A program made the position numbers and the translations under genes. Under the pieces are notes generated by a model. The model did not search any database, was not told the DNA's origin, and saw only the letters and a list, made by a program, of their open reading frames with translations. From positions 13,578,001 to 13,642,000 of the forward strand of contig OX597841.1 in the NCBI GenBank assembly GCA_951406725.2: a stretch of DNA of 64,000 nucleotides. Reading direction: 5' to 3'. This DNA is from Octopus vulgaris. Its lineage: Eukaryota. Below are positions 12,576 to 25,348 of this stretch, in pieces (positions within the stretch are counted from its first letter, which is position 1; the number at the start of each line of letters is the position of its first letter).

Positions 12576-12805
12576 TTAACCCTTTCGATGCCAACCTGGC
12601 TGATACCACTTCTGGCCCTGTTGTACAAATGTCTTGTTTTCATAAGTTCTGAATTCAAATCTTCCACCAAACCTTAGTCACAATTTATGTTCCTACCACT
12701 AGCTTAACGATAACGAAGTTATTTTACTAAATTCTTTGTTATATTTAAGATTAATTGAAAGAAACACAGAGCATCTCAACAGAAATATGGTAACAAAAGG
12801 GTTAA
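12576..12805. mobile_element. piggyBac-type MITE, third copy
   Basis: ttaaccctttcgatg...aacaaaagggttaa. Confidence 0.75.
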
Positions 12806-13400
12806 TATTCCTGGGTTGCATTTAGCGGACTTCAGTCTGTTATAAACCTTTAGGCCAGGTTCACTGTCTAAGGATAACCTCCACAAGTCACAGGGAGCTT
12901 GAACTGTGCCATAGCTGTGGCCCTTACTTCTGAACAGGATAATAGTCTGTCGCAGAGTGGACTGCAGCAAAGTGAAATGAAGGGTTTTGCTCAAGAACAC
13001 TGTGCTGCCTAGTCCGTAATTTGAACCCCTGATCTTACAGTCATGAGTGCAACACCCAAATCAGTAAGCCACATGCCTTCTAAATATGATCAGCTGTGAT
13101 ACCTTCTTGAACTTTGGCCCCTTGAAGAGGGAGACAGTGTCCTCAACAAATTCTAAACTCTTGCTTAATGATGGGTGTGGCTGAATGGGCCCTTAATCTC
13201 AACATGGACCTTTAAACCAGAGAACAAGGCTAGGAGAAGACACTTGCCTTTGATAGAATTGATGATCTGGAATCTGTGGGGTTTCTTCATTGACCCTTTG
13301 GGTTTAGACATGCGCTAACAGAACACTTCATTGTCCTTTCTGTATTGCTACAATTTTTCATGACTCCCCCCCCTCTAATTTTCACCTGCAAAGTCTCATC

Positions 13401-13437
<37 letters not shown>

Positions 13438-13663
13438 GAAAACAGCGAGGTGGCAGAATGGTTACCATGTTGGGCAAAGTGCTTAGCAGCATTTTGTCCA
13501 TCCTTGTGTTCTCGGTTCAAATTCCACTGAGGTCGACTTTGCCTTTCATCTTTTCGGGGTCGATAAATTAAATACCAGCTGAGCATTGGGGGGGGGGGTC
13601 AATGTAATTGACTAACACCTTTCTCCAGACTTGCTGGCCTTGTGCCAAAATTTGAAACCATCA

Positions 13664-13697
<34 letters not shown>

Positions 13698-13698
<1 letters not shown>

Positions 13699-13925
13699 TA
13701 ACCCTTTAGTGTTCAGATTACTCTGTTAAATGTAATATTTTTTTACTCAGATTGCTTTTAATTAATCCTGCATTATCTCATAGCTTTGAAGTTTCAATGA
13801 CGTGATTGTTCATCTTTAGAATGTCAATGTAGGTTAGGTGTGAGAGCCCTGATCTGGTCAGTTTAAACATAAAATAGGTAGAAAACTTCAGCCGGATATG
13901 GCCAGTTTAAACACTAAAGGGTTAA
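13698..13925. mobile_element. piggyBac-type MITE, second family
   Basis: ttaaccctttagtgtt...aacactaaagggttaa. Related copies at about 200-370 and 9404-9590. Confidence 0.75.
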
Positions 13926-14168
13926 GACGTCGCACAGTATACAACATTGTGAGGTTGTTGATTGAAGATATTGTGTCTCCAGGGGTTTGCACTGTTTGTC
14001 AAGACACAACAAGGACCTCAGACAGTTCCAAGTAATGCCAGCTTTTGCAATACATCTAGATTGAAGGGTATTTCTAAGGTTTTCAGATGGTTTTTCAGAT
14101 TGGGAGGTATTGAACCCAGTGCTCCGATGACCATAGGGATAACCTTTATGTTTGACTCTCGTAGCTGC
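13926..14168 (-). mobile_element. 3' fragment of an RLE-type non-LTR retrotransposon
   Basis: IKVIPMVIGALGSIPPNLKNHLKTLEIPFNLDVLQKLALLGTV resembles the VIPxVIGALG...LQKxAxLGT C-terminus of restriction-like endonuclease elements. Confidence 0.7.
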
Positions 14169-14413
14169 CACTTATTTTGGCAGCAAGCTGGTTGAAGCGT
14201 TAGCACATTGGACGAAATGCTTAGCGGCATTTCGTCTGTCTGTACATCGTGAGTTCAAATTCCACCCAGGTCAACTTTGCCCTTCATCCTCCTGGGGCAA
14301 TGGGTCAATGAAGTAATTTACTAGTTGAGCACAGGAGGTTGTTGTCCTCAACTAATTCCTCCACCAAAATATCAGGCCTTCTGCATATATCAGAAATAAT
14401 CATTATCGTTGTC

Positions 14414-14700
14414 ATTCTTTGCCATCAAATTTGAATTTTTCAATTGGTGCTCAAACCTTGAAAAAAACAAGAGAGTTAAACTGCATCAGCCATAAGGGAA
14501 TACATGTCTGTCTTATCTAACTCGTCCAGTAGAGGCCGCCAATTGATATCTGAAAAGTTCGATGAAATAACTCATGAACACTGCCATATTTACGTCTTTG
14601 ACCGGTCTGAACAAGGGGAGATAATAGAAAAAGAATCATTCGTTTATTTTTTTCAAGGCTTGAACACCAATGGAAAAATTCAAATTTGATGGCAAAGAAT
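14414..14700. repeat. Inverted repeat (about 55-bp arms)
   Basis: attctttgccatcaaatttgaatttttcaattggtgctcaaaccttgaaaaaaa / tttttttcaaggcttgaacaccaatggaaaaattcaaatttgatggcaaagaat. Confidence 0.85.
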
Positions 14701-14869
14701 CCAAATTAGATCGAAAACATCTAAATTATCATTATCATCCTTTTCATCATCATCATTATTATTATTATCATTATCATCATCATTATTAATATCCTGGCCC
14801 GAATTCCCAAAGAACTATTTTTTTCTCTTGTATTCCTCCGCCTCATGTCCAATGTGTTCTTTTCCACAG

Positions 14870-14911
14870 AAAAATATAAAACCGACCCTAGTGCATTACC
14901 ATCACCAGATG
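14870..14911 (+). CDS. Candidate 42-nt phase-1 talin cassette exon (xKYKTDPSALPSPDx)
   Basis: gttcttttccacAG|AA AAA TAT...CCA GAT G|GTAAAT. Frame-preserving, no stop, and in unique sequence between repeats. Confidence 0.65.
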
Positions 14912-15125
14912 GTAAATTAGGTTTGTCACCTTTCATATTTCTAACAACAAAAACCCTTTTTTTGTTTAATCATCGTTGTCTTCATTATCGTTATTATTAT
15001 TGTTATTATTACTGTTGTTATTTTTCGTATTTGCTGTTGTTACCATGTCGTTCTTGTTGTAGATAGAATTATTATTATTATTGTTATTATTATAATTATT
15101 ATTATTATTTATTATTATTATTATT

Positions 15126-15484
15126 GTTAGTTAGTTAGTTAATTTTTTGGCTCAAAAAGCAAAAAAAGCAAGGCCATGTAGGGGGACATGGAGTTATGTA
15201 CAGGGTGGTGTTCATGTAAAGAGTTCAGGCCATTTGTGGTCAAGGGAGACTTTGAACCGAGCGGTCGTCGGCATCTTCACCATCTCGTCCGGCAGCTTAT
15301 TCCAGGGATCCACAACCCTGACAGAGAAAGCCCCTCTCCTTCGATTGAGATGAAATCGTCGCAGATAGAGCTTTTTGGAATGACCCTGCAGCCGACGCTC
15401 TGGAGCAGGAGTGAAGAACAGCTCTTTCGAGAGGTTACACTTTCCGCTTATGATGTTGTGAGCAAGAATGAGACCACCACGGCG
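15126..15484 (-). mobile_element. 5'-truncated CR1-clade LINE (ORF2 C-terminus plus tail)
   Basis: The minus strand reads ...RLQGHSKKLYLRRFHLNRRRGAFSVRVVDPWNKLPDEMVKMPTTARFKVSLDHKW, a typical CR1 ending, with a (TAAC)n tail. Confidence 0.85.
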
Positions 15485-16669
15485 TTATTATTACTAAGGC
15501 AGTGAGCTGGCAGAATCGTTAGCACGCTGGGTGAAATGCTTAGCGATATTTCATCTGTCTTCTTGTTCTGAGTTCAAATTCTACTGAGGTCGATAAATTA
15601 AGTACCAGTTACGTACTGGAGTCAATCTAATCAACTGGCCCCTCCCCACCACAAATTCAGGCCTTGTGCCTTTAGTAGAAAGGATTATTATTAAATCTTT
15701 AGTAGAACTGAAATGATGGACAAGTTTAGAATACTTCAGTGGTAGGGCTTTGTATCGTGAGTTCAAACCTCACCAGGGTCAAAATTTTTTTCATCTTTTT
15801 GGGGTCTATACCAGAGGGTCTCAACCCTTTTTTACCTACGGGCCTCTTTGATTCTAATTTTAATCTACTGGACCCTATTTTTATTTTTTTAAAATCCCTT
15901 CATATTTTTATAACTAGGGATTATGAGGAATTGTGAAAAGATATTTTGTGTATTGGACCTAAAGTTTAACAACTAAATTTTAAGGGTCATGTGAACTCCT
16001 GTTGAGGACGGGGGGGGGGGCATTTTTTTTCAAACCACAATTTGTTTATCCAAAATTGACCTCTCAGGGAGTGGCAGAGGTGGTGGCCGTGGTGGAAGTA
16101 GGTAGTAAGATGAAGTACAATTGAAATGGAAGGGAAACCCTGAGATAGAATGTCTTGTGGTATTTGTTTTGAGTCTCTGCACCCTGAGTTCAAACTCCAC
16201 TGAGGTCAGCCTTTCCTTTTAATTCTTAGTGAAGGACAATTGGTGGGGGGGGTGACAATGTCCAAGGGCACTCTGTCGGTTACAATGACAAGGGTGGCAG
16301 CTGATTCAGTCAACAAAACAGCCTACTTGTGAAATTAATGTGCAAGTGGCCGAGTACTCCACAGTCATGCATACCCTTAATGCAGTTCTCGGGGAGATTC
16401 AGCAAGACAAGGTTGCTGAATCTGACATGGTTGGCCCGTTTTTAATTACTGGTACAGATCGTTTTTGCCAGCTGAGTGGACTGAAGTGATGTGGAATGGA
16501 GTGTCTTGCCCAAGAACACAATGTATCACCCAGTCTAAGAATAGAAACTGCGTTTGCCTATAAACAATGTGCCCAGTTGTTGTTTTACCGATTCCCTGGG
16601 CTGGTTGTAAGGGTGTGGTCACGATCTCTTGTTAGTTCAGAAGAATGGACAATGCCATTATTACTCTTC

Positions 16670-17068
16670 CTCTTTTACTTGTTTTAGTCATTTAACTGTG
16701 GCCATACTGGAGCACCACTGTTTAGTCGAGCAAATCAACTCCAGGACTTATTCTTTGTAAGCCTAGTACTTATTCTATCGGTCTCTTTTGCCGAACCGCT
16801 AAGTTATGGGGGCGTAAACAAACCAGCATCGGTTATCAAGCGATGTTGGGGGAGGACAAACACAGACAAACAAACATACACACACACATATATATACATA
16901 TATATATACGATGGGCTTCTTTCAGTTTTCTGTCTACCAAAACCACTCACAATGCTTTAGTCGGCCCGAGGCTATAGTAGAAGACACTTGCCCAAGGTGC
17001 CATGCAGTGGGACTGAACCCTGAACCATGTGGTTGGTAAGCAAGCTACTTACCACACAGCCGCTCCTA
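16670..17068 (-). mobile_element. SINE family 1 (tRNA head, CORE-like ccttgggcaagtg, internal TA/CA repeat, GAAACAAGTAAAAGAG tail)
   Basis: Full-length reverse copy. Other copies lie near 20585(+), 24940(-), 27950(+), 32268(+), 36245(+), 39310(+), 41190(-), 45539(+), 46693(+), 52497(-), 53232(-), 55018(+) and 56345(-). Confidence 0.9.
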
Positions 17069-18054
17069 ACCTTCATCTTGCATGGTACCACATCACCAAA
17101 GAACTGAAGAGAGACGGGTGACCGCTAAACATTTCACACCCTGACAACAAAAATTTTAACAACAAAATTGTAGATTTATGAACCCCTACTCTCTGCTCTC
17201 ATACATATTCCAGCCATTCTGGAGATTTTTTTTTTTCTTTAAATTAAAAAAAATTATTGATATCCTTACGACATTCTTTTCTGTTTTTGTTCTTGTGGCA
17301 TTCCTTTAGCATTTCTTGTGCCATTTTTTTTCTTCTTTTGTGGCATTCCTTATCTGTGTAACAGTCATCACAATTGTATATAGCCATGACTATTCCTGCA
17401 ACCATTGTGATATCTTTTAGCAGTCTTGTGAATCCCAGAAGTATTCTTGTGTTCCTTAGCATTCATTTAGCCTTCGTTACAATTAAATGTCATATTCCCT
17501 CCTCCGTGTCATGTTCCTCACCATTATTATTATTATTATTATCGCTGTCATCATTGCACTTACCTGGCATTCCTTAAAATTCTTTTGACATTCATTTAGC
17601 CTTCCTGTGGCATAACTATTATTTTGATGTTCATTACAATTCTGTTGCCATTCTTTACCGTTTCTCTTGTGTCTGTGGCATGCTTCGCAATTCGTGTAGT
17701 ATTCTTGTGATCTTCTTTGCGGCACTCGTTAGAATTACTGTAACAACACTTGGAATTCTCGTGGCAATCTTAAATGCTTGAGTCAAATTCCTCATCATTT
17801 TTGTAAGAATTCCTTAGCATTTCTGCAATACTCACTGCAGACATTTTTCTTCAGAACATTCTTCAGCTGCTAGAATTTTCTACCAAATCTCTCTCAGATC
17901 ACACACTTTTCCCTTAAAAGAGATCAGCACAATTTATTGGATGCAGCAGAAAATCCTCCCACATTTTACACAGCCATTCTCATGGCGCTAATTAAGTAAG
18001 ACAGGTGGAAATGGTGTCTTCCTGTCGCTAATATTCTACCATTTTGTTTTTCAG

Positions 18055-18117
18055 TTACCATTGTAGTTCGGACTGACATATGCTATGAGTTTGCTGTTGA
18101 AACATTTATCAAGAATG
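18055..18117 (+). CDS. Candidate 63-nt phase-1 talin cassette exon (xTIVVRTDICYEFAVETFIKNx)
   Basis: Branch-like GCTAAT near 18027; attttgtttttcAG|TT ACC ATT...AAG AAT G|GTGAAT. Frame-preserving, no stop. Confidence 0.55.
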
Positions 18118-18799
18118 GTGAATCCGAGGTTCTTTTTTTGCTGCACCCTGCATAATGTTATTTTAGATATTCTATGTGTGTCCTTGTTGTTTAGCCCCAG
18201 GTCAGTCCAGATCCAGCAAACCTATGATCAAAGGGGCTCCAGCTATAACCATCCCATTTATTATTCAGACATAGTGTATCTAGGAGTACATTATCTCGTA
18301 TGTCCTTCCTCGTCATTGTTGTGATTTAGCCCCCAGATCAGCTTTCTTCCAGCAGACCTATGATCAAAGATATTCCACCCATGACCATCCCATATTTTAT
18401 TCAGGACTACATTATCCAGTGCAGCCTCTTCCTAGTTATGACAGTAGATTTTAATTCCAGGAAGAACTAGCTACTACTTCTAGCAAATCTAGAAACCACA
18501 TAGACATCATTATTATCTCATAGAGGTGACCTGTGTTTAACCCCAGGTCAACCCTATGCAACCAGCCTTATGATCAATAACATCCTACTTGTGACCATTC
18601 CTATACATTTCCATATCTAATGCAATATTATGTCTTTTATGAGACAATCTGTGTGATTTGAGGGTGATTTTGGCTGTTATTTCTAGCATTGGGGCAACCT
18701 CATTGGCTGTCCTAGTTCGCTTATAGTTCACTCATTTAAAGTTCAGTGAATTATGTTACAGCAAACATTTAATATTCATAAGTTGTGTCTTATATTTCA

Positions 18800-20050
18800 T
18801 GGCCTTGCATACATTTCACAATCATCCACTGTATATTACTTTCAATGGTTCTGTGTAGTTTTTAGCACTCAGCCACTATATATTACATTCTTTAGTTCAA
18901 CATACATTTCATAGTTACTGTATCTCTGCATACATTTCACAGCACCTCAATGTGTATAAGTTTTGTTTCAACATACAGTGATACATTGTATAATGCACAT
19001 CATGAGCTTGCGTAAATTTCACATATGTATATTATTCTTCAGATTCTATATTTCACAATGATCTACAGTGTTTCTGCATACATTTCACAATGTTCTACAG
19101 TGTTTCTGCATACATTTCACAGTGACCTACTGTATATTACATGGTTTTTCTGCATATATTTTATTGTGCATATTTTACATAGCACTGTTTATTTCAATCA
19201 GTATACTTTTCACGGTAACTTTGTACATATTACAAGGTGTATTTTCATCCATATTTCAGTTATTGACTGTAGATTACACATTTTACAGTGATATTTTTCT
19301 GCATATATTTTATGGGGTTTCATTCAACAAAGCTTTGTATCTATGTTTATCTTTGTATATTTCAGTGTGATCCAACTGTTACCCACCTATATATTCTTGC
19401 TTAAATTTCATAATCTTCATCATATGTTTATGTACATTTCATATAACCTTCCTACAAGATCCTGCTTGCAGTTTACCAAGCCTTCATCACATTACATGCT
19501 TCTGCATACATTTCACCTAAGTGTGCAAACACTTCTATTACGTCTATTAACATAACACATGCTCAAGTCTATGTTTTAAAATAGTGATTAAATTTCTGCA
19601 CACATTTCATTGTGATGCAGCCATGTTTTTGCTACACAAATATTTGTTTCCATTATTACATTCCCCATTGAATTAATTAACTATACTTACATATTCCTGC
19701 ATACATTTCACAGTTACTCAACTACACACCTGATGCATGTTTAGTCCTTAAATTTCACAGGATGTTAACAGGTTGCACCTTTCTTTAATAAGTCTTACAC
19801 TTGTGCAAATATGTAATGTTCCTGCATAGATTTCACAGTGACTCAGTTATTTTCCTGTTTGTTTCTGCATAGATTTCACAGTGGACCCCAATACATTACA
19901 CACAAACATTAATACAGATGACGTAATTTTTTTAAAAATTTAATTTGTTGCAGTTAACTTACTGTGTTACATACTTGTGCATATATTTCATGATGATTGT
20001 ACGTAGATTAGATTCTTGTATATATTTCACATTTGCATATATTTCATGTA
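18800..20050. repeat. Degenerate tandem repeat (core tctgcatacatttcacagtg)
   Basis: The motif recurs many times with irregular spacing. Confidence 0.6.
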
Positions 20051-20748
20051 TTTCCAAGTACAAGAGATAATTCTTTAATAATTGTTTCTTTTTACATTTT
20101 AAAACTTATAATTGAATTTCGTTCCATTTAATTATATTTTGTTTCTTTCCATTGTTCACCTTCTCATACTTTTTTCCTTTAATATACAAAGCATTCCTGC
20201 CCTGTTGTTCATCGTCCACCCATTTCACTTGCAATAATCTTCAAGACCAGAGGCAGCATGCCGGGCAAAATGCTGAGCAGTATTTCGTCTGTCTTTATGA
20301 TCTGAGTTCAAATTCCACCAAGGTCGACTTGCCTTTCATCCTTTTGGGGTTGATAAATTAAGTACCAGTTACGTACTAGGGTCAATGTAAACAACTTAAT
20401 CCCTTCCCCCATAATTTGAAAACCACTGGGCAGTTTCCATCCCTAGAATTTATTATTTTGAACCAGTAGTAATAGAACCTGATAGTGCTGTGACTCTTAA
20501 CCAGGGTCCATCTGGCCCTCAGGGGCCCATCTGGCCCGCAGGGGTCCATATAAGATTTTGTTGTTAAAATTTATCTGCAATAAAGCACAGGAGTGGCTAT
20601 GTGGTAAAAAGCTTGCTTCCCAACCATATGGTTCTGGGTTCAGTCCCACTGCGTGGCACCTTGGGCAAGTGTCTTCTACTATAGCTTCAAGCCAACCAAA
20701 GCCTTGTGAATGGATTTGGTGGATGGAAACTGAAAGAAACCCGTCGTA

Positions 20749-20779
<31 letters not shown>

Positions 20780-22478
20780 TTTTGTGTCTGTCTCCCAGCC
20801 ATCGCTTGATAACTGATGCTGGTGTGTTTACATTCCCCGCAACTTAGCGATTTGGCAAAAGAGATGAATAGAATAAGTCCTAAGGTCGATTTATTCGACT
20901 AGAGGCAGTGCTCCAGCATGGCCGCAGTCAAACGACTGAAACAATTAAAAGAATAAATAGGTTGTACTTCTACAGTCCTCAAAATATTTTTTAAAAATTT
21001 TCTTAATACAATTCCTGACACAATTTAATTATAAGGATACATTAGGATTTTTTGAAACATTAAATTGGTATAAGGGTCCAGTGGAATAAAACCAGAATGA
21101 AAGGGGTCCATAGGTAAAAAAAAAAAAGGGATGAAGAAGCACTGATCCTGACAATACAGTGACACATTGGATTTAATTTAATTTAATTTGAATTTGTATC
21201 TTTTCAATTAATTGTGAATTTTAGAAATAACTTTTTTTTTTCCTTATCTAGAAACGTAACTATTTGCCCTGAATTTATTACAATTGTGTTAATTGTTAAT
21301 ATCCAGAGTAAAATTAGGGGATTAGCAATGCAGGTCCTGTGGCTCACAGCAGTCTGCTTTTGTGTTTGTGGCTATACAACTTAAAAGTTCTAACTGGGCC
21401 CCATTTACAAGCTCATGCACTGTTTATCTTGATGTGAGACTATCATGCACACATGGTTGTGATGTACCCCTGGTGTACTCTTATCAGGCAGTCACAATAG
21501 ATATATTGATATATTGGGCCAAGTGACCTCAGTGTCACTTGGCATGTACTGCTCTTTCACTCAGTAATAATAATAATAATTTGTGGCACTCCATCAGTTA
21601 CAACAATAAGGGTTCCAGTTGATCCAATCAATGGAACAGCCTGCTTGTGAAACTAACGTGCAAGTGGCTGAGTATTCCAAGGACACGTACTGTTAGCATA
21701 GTTCTTGGGGAGATTCAGCGTGACAAGGCCTGCCCTTTGAAATACAGGTACAACAGAAACAGGAAGAAAGAGAGAAAGTGGTGGTGAAAGAGTACAGCAG
21801 GGTTCGCCACCATCCCCTGCTGGAGCCCCGTGGAGCTTTAGGTGTTTTTTCTCAATAAACACAATGCCTGGTCTGGGAATTGAAACCACAATCCTACAAT
21901 TGCGAGTCTGCAGTCCTAACCACTGGGCCATTTGCGCCTCCACAATAATAATAGTTAATGAATAATAATCACTTTATTTAAGTATATTTAACCATTTTCT
22001 TTTATTTTTAAATTCATTGAAATAAATGCAAAAGAAAGCATTATTTTTTAAAAGTAATAATAATTCTCATAATTAAATTTTTAAGACATTTTAGGGGAAA
22101 CCTCGCATAGTGTCTGCAATGCTGGGAAATACAGTAATAATAAAAATAATAATATATTCAACTAATTACTAATTAATGACAATAAACTCTTCACTTTTTA
22201 TAGTATTGCTTTTTTTTTTTTTGCATGAATGATGCTAAACTATTTTATATTTTTCTTTGATGTTGTTGTTGTTAAAATCTATTTTTAAATTCATCAAATA
22301 GCTGCGAAAGACAGTATATAATTATCATGATTAATAATAATAATAATTAAGTCATTTTAATCATTTTTTTTTTTTATGGTTTTTGCAGCCATTGTTTTTG
22401 TGATTTTTTTTTTTTGTAAATAATTTTCGTTTCTTTTTTTTTTTTTTTTTCTTTTTAATTCATTACCGAAATTAACAG

Positions 22479-22603
22479 GGCCTAATTGGGTTGATTACGG
22501 TGACCCGACAGTTATTGCAGAAAATGAACTCCGTGGTGCAGCAAGCTCAATTGAAGCTGCTGCCAAAAAACTTGCCCAGCTGCAGCCCCGTCAAGCTGCG
22601 AAA
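22479..22603 (+). CDS. TLN: Talin exon (R12/R13 junction, start of I/LWEQ actin-binding region); phase 1 start
   Basis: ttaacAG|GG CCT AAT TGG...GCG AAA|GTAAGT. Translates (G)PNWVDYGDPTVIAENELRGAASSIEAAAKKLAQLQPRQAAK, matching vertebrate talin GTEWVDPEDPTVIAENELLGAAAAIEAAAKKL. Confidence 0.97.
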
Positions 22604-22959
22604 GTAAGTTGCTTTCCTTTGTACTTTGTACTTTATTGCCATTGGCCCAGGAACAACATTTGCTTAGCGGGTGTAAACCCAGGTCCATTTTTATATTTTT
22701 GTTCTTTGTGAAGAAAACTTCAAGCTGCCCTGTTCATGGGTCCATGGGTGTTGAGGCTCCCCAGAATGACATTAAAGAAAACAGGATTTATTAGGCTCAT
22801 GGTCCAGGAAAACTCAAAGAAGTTCTTAACATTTTGAGCGTTTGCTCTTAATGACAGCGAATTTTTTAAAAAATCTTTTTTTAGGACAACAATGATGTTG
22901 ATGGCGATGATGATGGTGGTGATGATGGATGCCTTGACCAGATATGTTTGATATTTTTT

Positions 22960-23700
22960 GGTGGTTCAATATCCTAAGTCCACCAAGTATCAATCATGTC
23001 CGTGTCGCGGTAGGCCACTGCAGCAAACACACATTCCCGCACTGGACCTACGTACAACCTTCAGCACAGCACTGCTTCCGGACATGGTTCCCGAGACGTG
23101 ACACAACTCCTGGACTTATGCCTTTCATAACACTACACAGTTAACCCACGTACAATCCTTGATGCAGCACTGCTCATAAGCATACACTACAATAACATGG
23201 CATCGGTCTCCGACACACACCCAATTAGTTTAGCACAATCGCAAAATATATGCCAAAGAAACCATGAAACCAGCCCCAGGCTCCTTACAAAGTTATGTGG
23301 ATGAGCCACACACATTACAGTTCTTTGACCTACACCTTATGACACAGCTCCCCAACATAGACACTAGGACTCGAAACAACTCACAGACACAGTGTCCAGA
23401 GGTACAACCCAAGAGAACAAAGCACATTTCCTGGACATCCATCCCTCCCTCCTAACATACACACATCTCTTGATATAACACATTCTTTACACTTTGGCAC
23501 CAACTGGTTGTCTGAATTCAATCTCTTCCTAACCGACCAACCTGTGTCTCACCTGATGAAGTTGCTAAGCAACCCTTGCAGTGCAAAGATGGAAGCAAGA
23601 TCTCTCCTCACCCTGCCACAATTGCTGTCTCCCAATCAACACAAAATTTATTATCTCCAAGATTGTTTGTATTATTCTGGTATTTTTTTCATTTTCATTT
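22960..23700 (+). mobile_element. Possible highly degenerate Penelope-like element remnant
   Basis: A CA-rich decayed coding-like stretch ending in CTGATGAAG plus a hairpin near 23553. No intact ORF. Confidence 0.3.
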
Positions 23701-23967
23701 TCATTGAGACATTGTTTTTTTTAAATTTCTCGTATTTCTTCTCATCCTCTCCTTTATCTTCTCTCGATTTCTTCCATCTTATGTTTTATATCGTCATCAT
23801 GTCCCCTGTCCCTTTCTCTCTTCTTGTGTCTCTCTCCATTTGTTACCTTCTGTCTACTATTACTGTCTCTCATCTGTCAAATATTTCAATCTATTCTCTC
23901 TTTCCTTCTGTCCCCTTGTATCTGTCCACTTTTGTCATTTCCCTTCATTTGTCTTCTATCTGCTTCT

Positions 23968-24282
23968 AGTGGCTTAGTGGTTAGGGCATTCAGCTCATGA
24001 TCGTAAGGTTCTGAGTTCAATTCCCGGCAACACACTATCTCCTTGAGCAAGACACTTTATTTCACGTTGCTCCAATCCACTCAGCTGGCAAAAATGATTA
24101 ATACCTGTATTTCAAAAGGGTCAGCCATGTCACACTCTGTATCACGCTGAATCTCCTTGCCAGCTACATTAAGGGTACACATGTCTGTGGAGTGCTCAGC
24201 CACTTGCATGTTAATTTCACAAGCAAGCTGTTCCGTTGATCATATCAGCTAGGACCCTCATCGTCGTAACCGATGGAGTGCT
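23968..24282 (+). mobile_element. SINE family 3 (tRNA head gtggcttagtgg...gagttcaattccc, ccttgagcaagacac body)
   Basis: A and B boxes are visible. Other copies lie near 8860(-), 12950(-), 16265(-), 21585(-), 39895(-), 42615(-) and 45990(+). Confidence 0.85.
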
Positions 24283-24496
24283 CCTTTTTTTTTTTTTGCT
24301 TCTACTACTTTCTCCTACCTTATGTCTGTCCCTCATTATCTCCTTTCACCTGTCTTCTTATGTCTGTCCTCTTTTGTCTCCAATTGTCATTTTTACTCAT
24401 TTGTTACATTCTGTCTACAATTTCTATCTCTATTTTCTCTTTCCTTCTGTCTGCTATCCCCTTCCGTCCATCTTCTAACCCTATTTCTACTTCCAG

Positions 24497-24622
24497 ACAG
24501 CTGACGAGAGCCTGGGTTTCGAAGAACAGATTCTGGAAGCAGCGAAATCGATTGCAACTGCAACAGCTGCCCTCGTAAAGTCAGCGTCAGCTGCACAGAA
24601 GGAACTAATACTCCAAGGAAAG
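24497..24622 (+). CDS. TLN: Talin exon (R13 / I/LWEQ domain)
   Basis: ttccAG|ACA GCT GAC...GGA AAG|GTAACA; 126 nt; TADESLGFEEQILEAAKSIATATAALVKSASAAQKELILQGK. Confidence 0.97.
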
Positions 24623-25292
24623 GTAACAGAAACCTACAGACATTCATTGACCAAATTAAAATAATTAGAAATAATCAAAGTAAATCATCTGAGATTAAGT
24701 CCAATCTAAGCCATATTCATAGCTAGGAATATAATATATGCTACATGCACACATTTGTTAACTTCTCTAATCCTCTGAGATTATGTCCAATCTGCAGGCA
24801 TATTCATAGCTAGGAAGGTTATAAGCTACTAAGGGTCTCACCTGAAGAATGCAGAGCCCTGCTGTAACAAAAACTGCTGCTCAAGGACCAGCTTTTGTCT
24901 TCTGTTTTAGGAAATATTCCATCCTACATAGTATTTATTTTTTTAAAGCTTGGTACTCTCATTTTATTGGTCTTTTTTGTCAAACTGCTAAGTTACATGG
25001 GCCTAAAGCAACCGACATCAGCTTTTAAGTAGTGAGGTGGGGCAACAAAGCACACACATATATATATGCATGTATATATGAGAGGCTTCTTTCAGTTTCC
25101 ATCTACCAAATCCACTTGCAAGACTTTGGTCAGCCCAAGGCTACAGTAGAAGACATTTGCCTAAGGTGCCATGCAGTGGGACTGAACCTGGGGTGATGTG
25201 GTTGGAAACAAACTTCTTACCACTCAGCCATACCTGCATCTAAATATATAAACACTACACTAAATATTGTCAGTATACTCTGGAGTTTGTAT

Positions 25293-25348
<56 letters not shown>

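Noticed and set aside
21252-21255. 4-nt AG..GT segment after a strong pyrimidine tract (ctAG|AAAC|GTAACT)
   Set aside because: Not frame-preserving and the donor is mediocre; unsupported without RNA data.
23968-24030. tRNA gene-like A/B boxes
   Set aside because: This is a SINE head. There is no complete cloverleaf, and it continues into the repeat body in all copies.
24497-24500. Tandem acceptor CAGACAG at a talin exon
   Set aside because: Using the second AG shifts the frame by 4 nt; the first AG gives the conserved protein.
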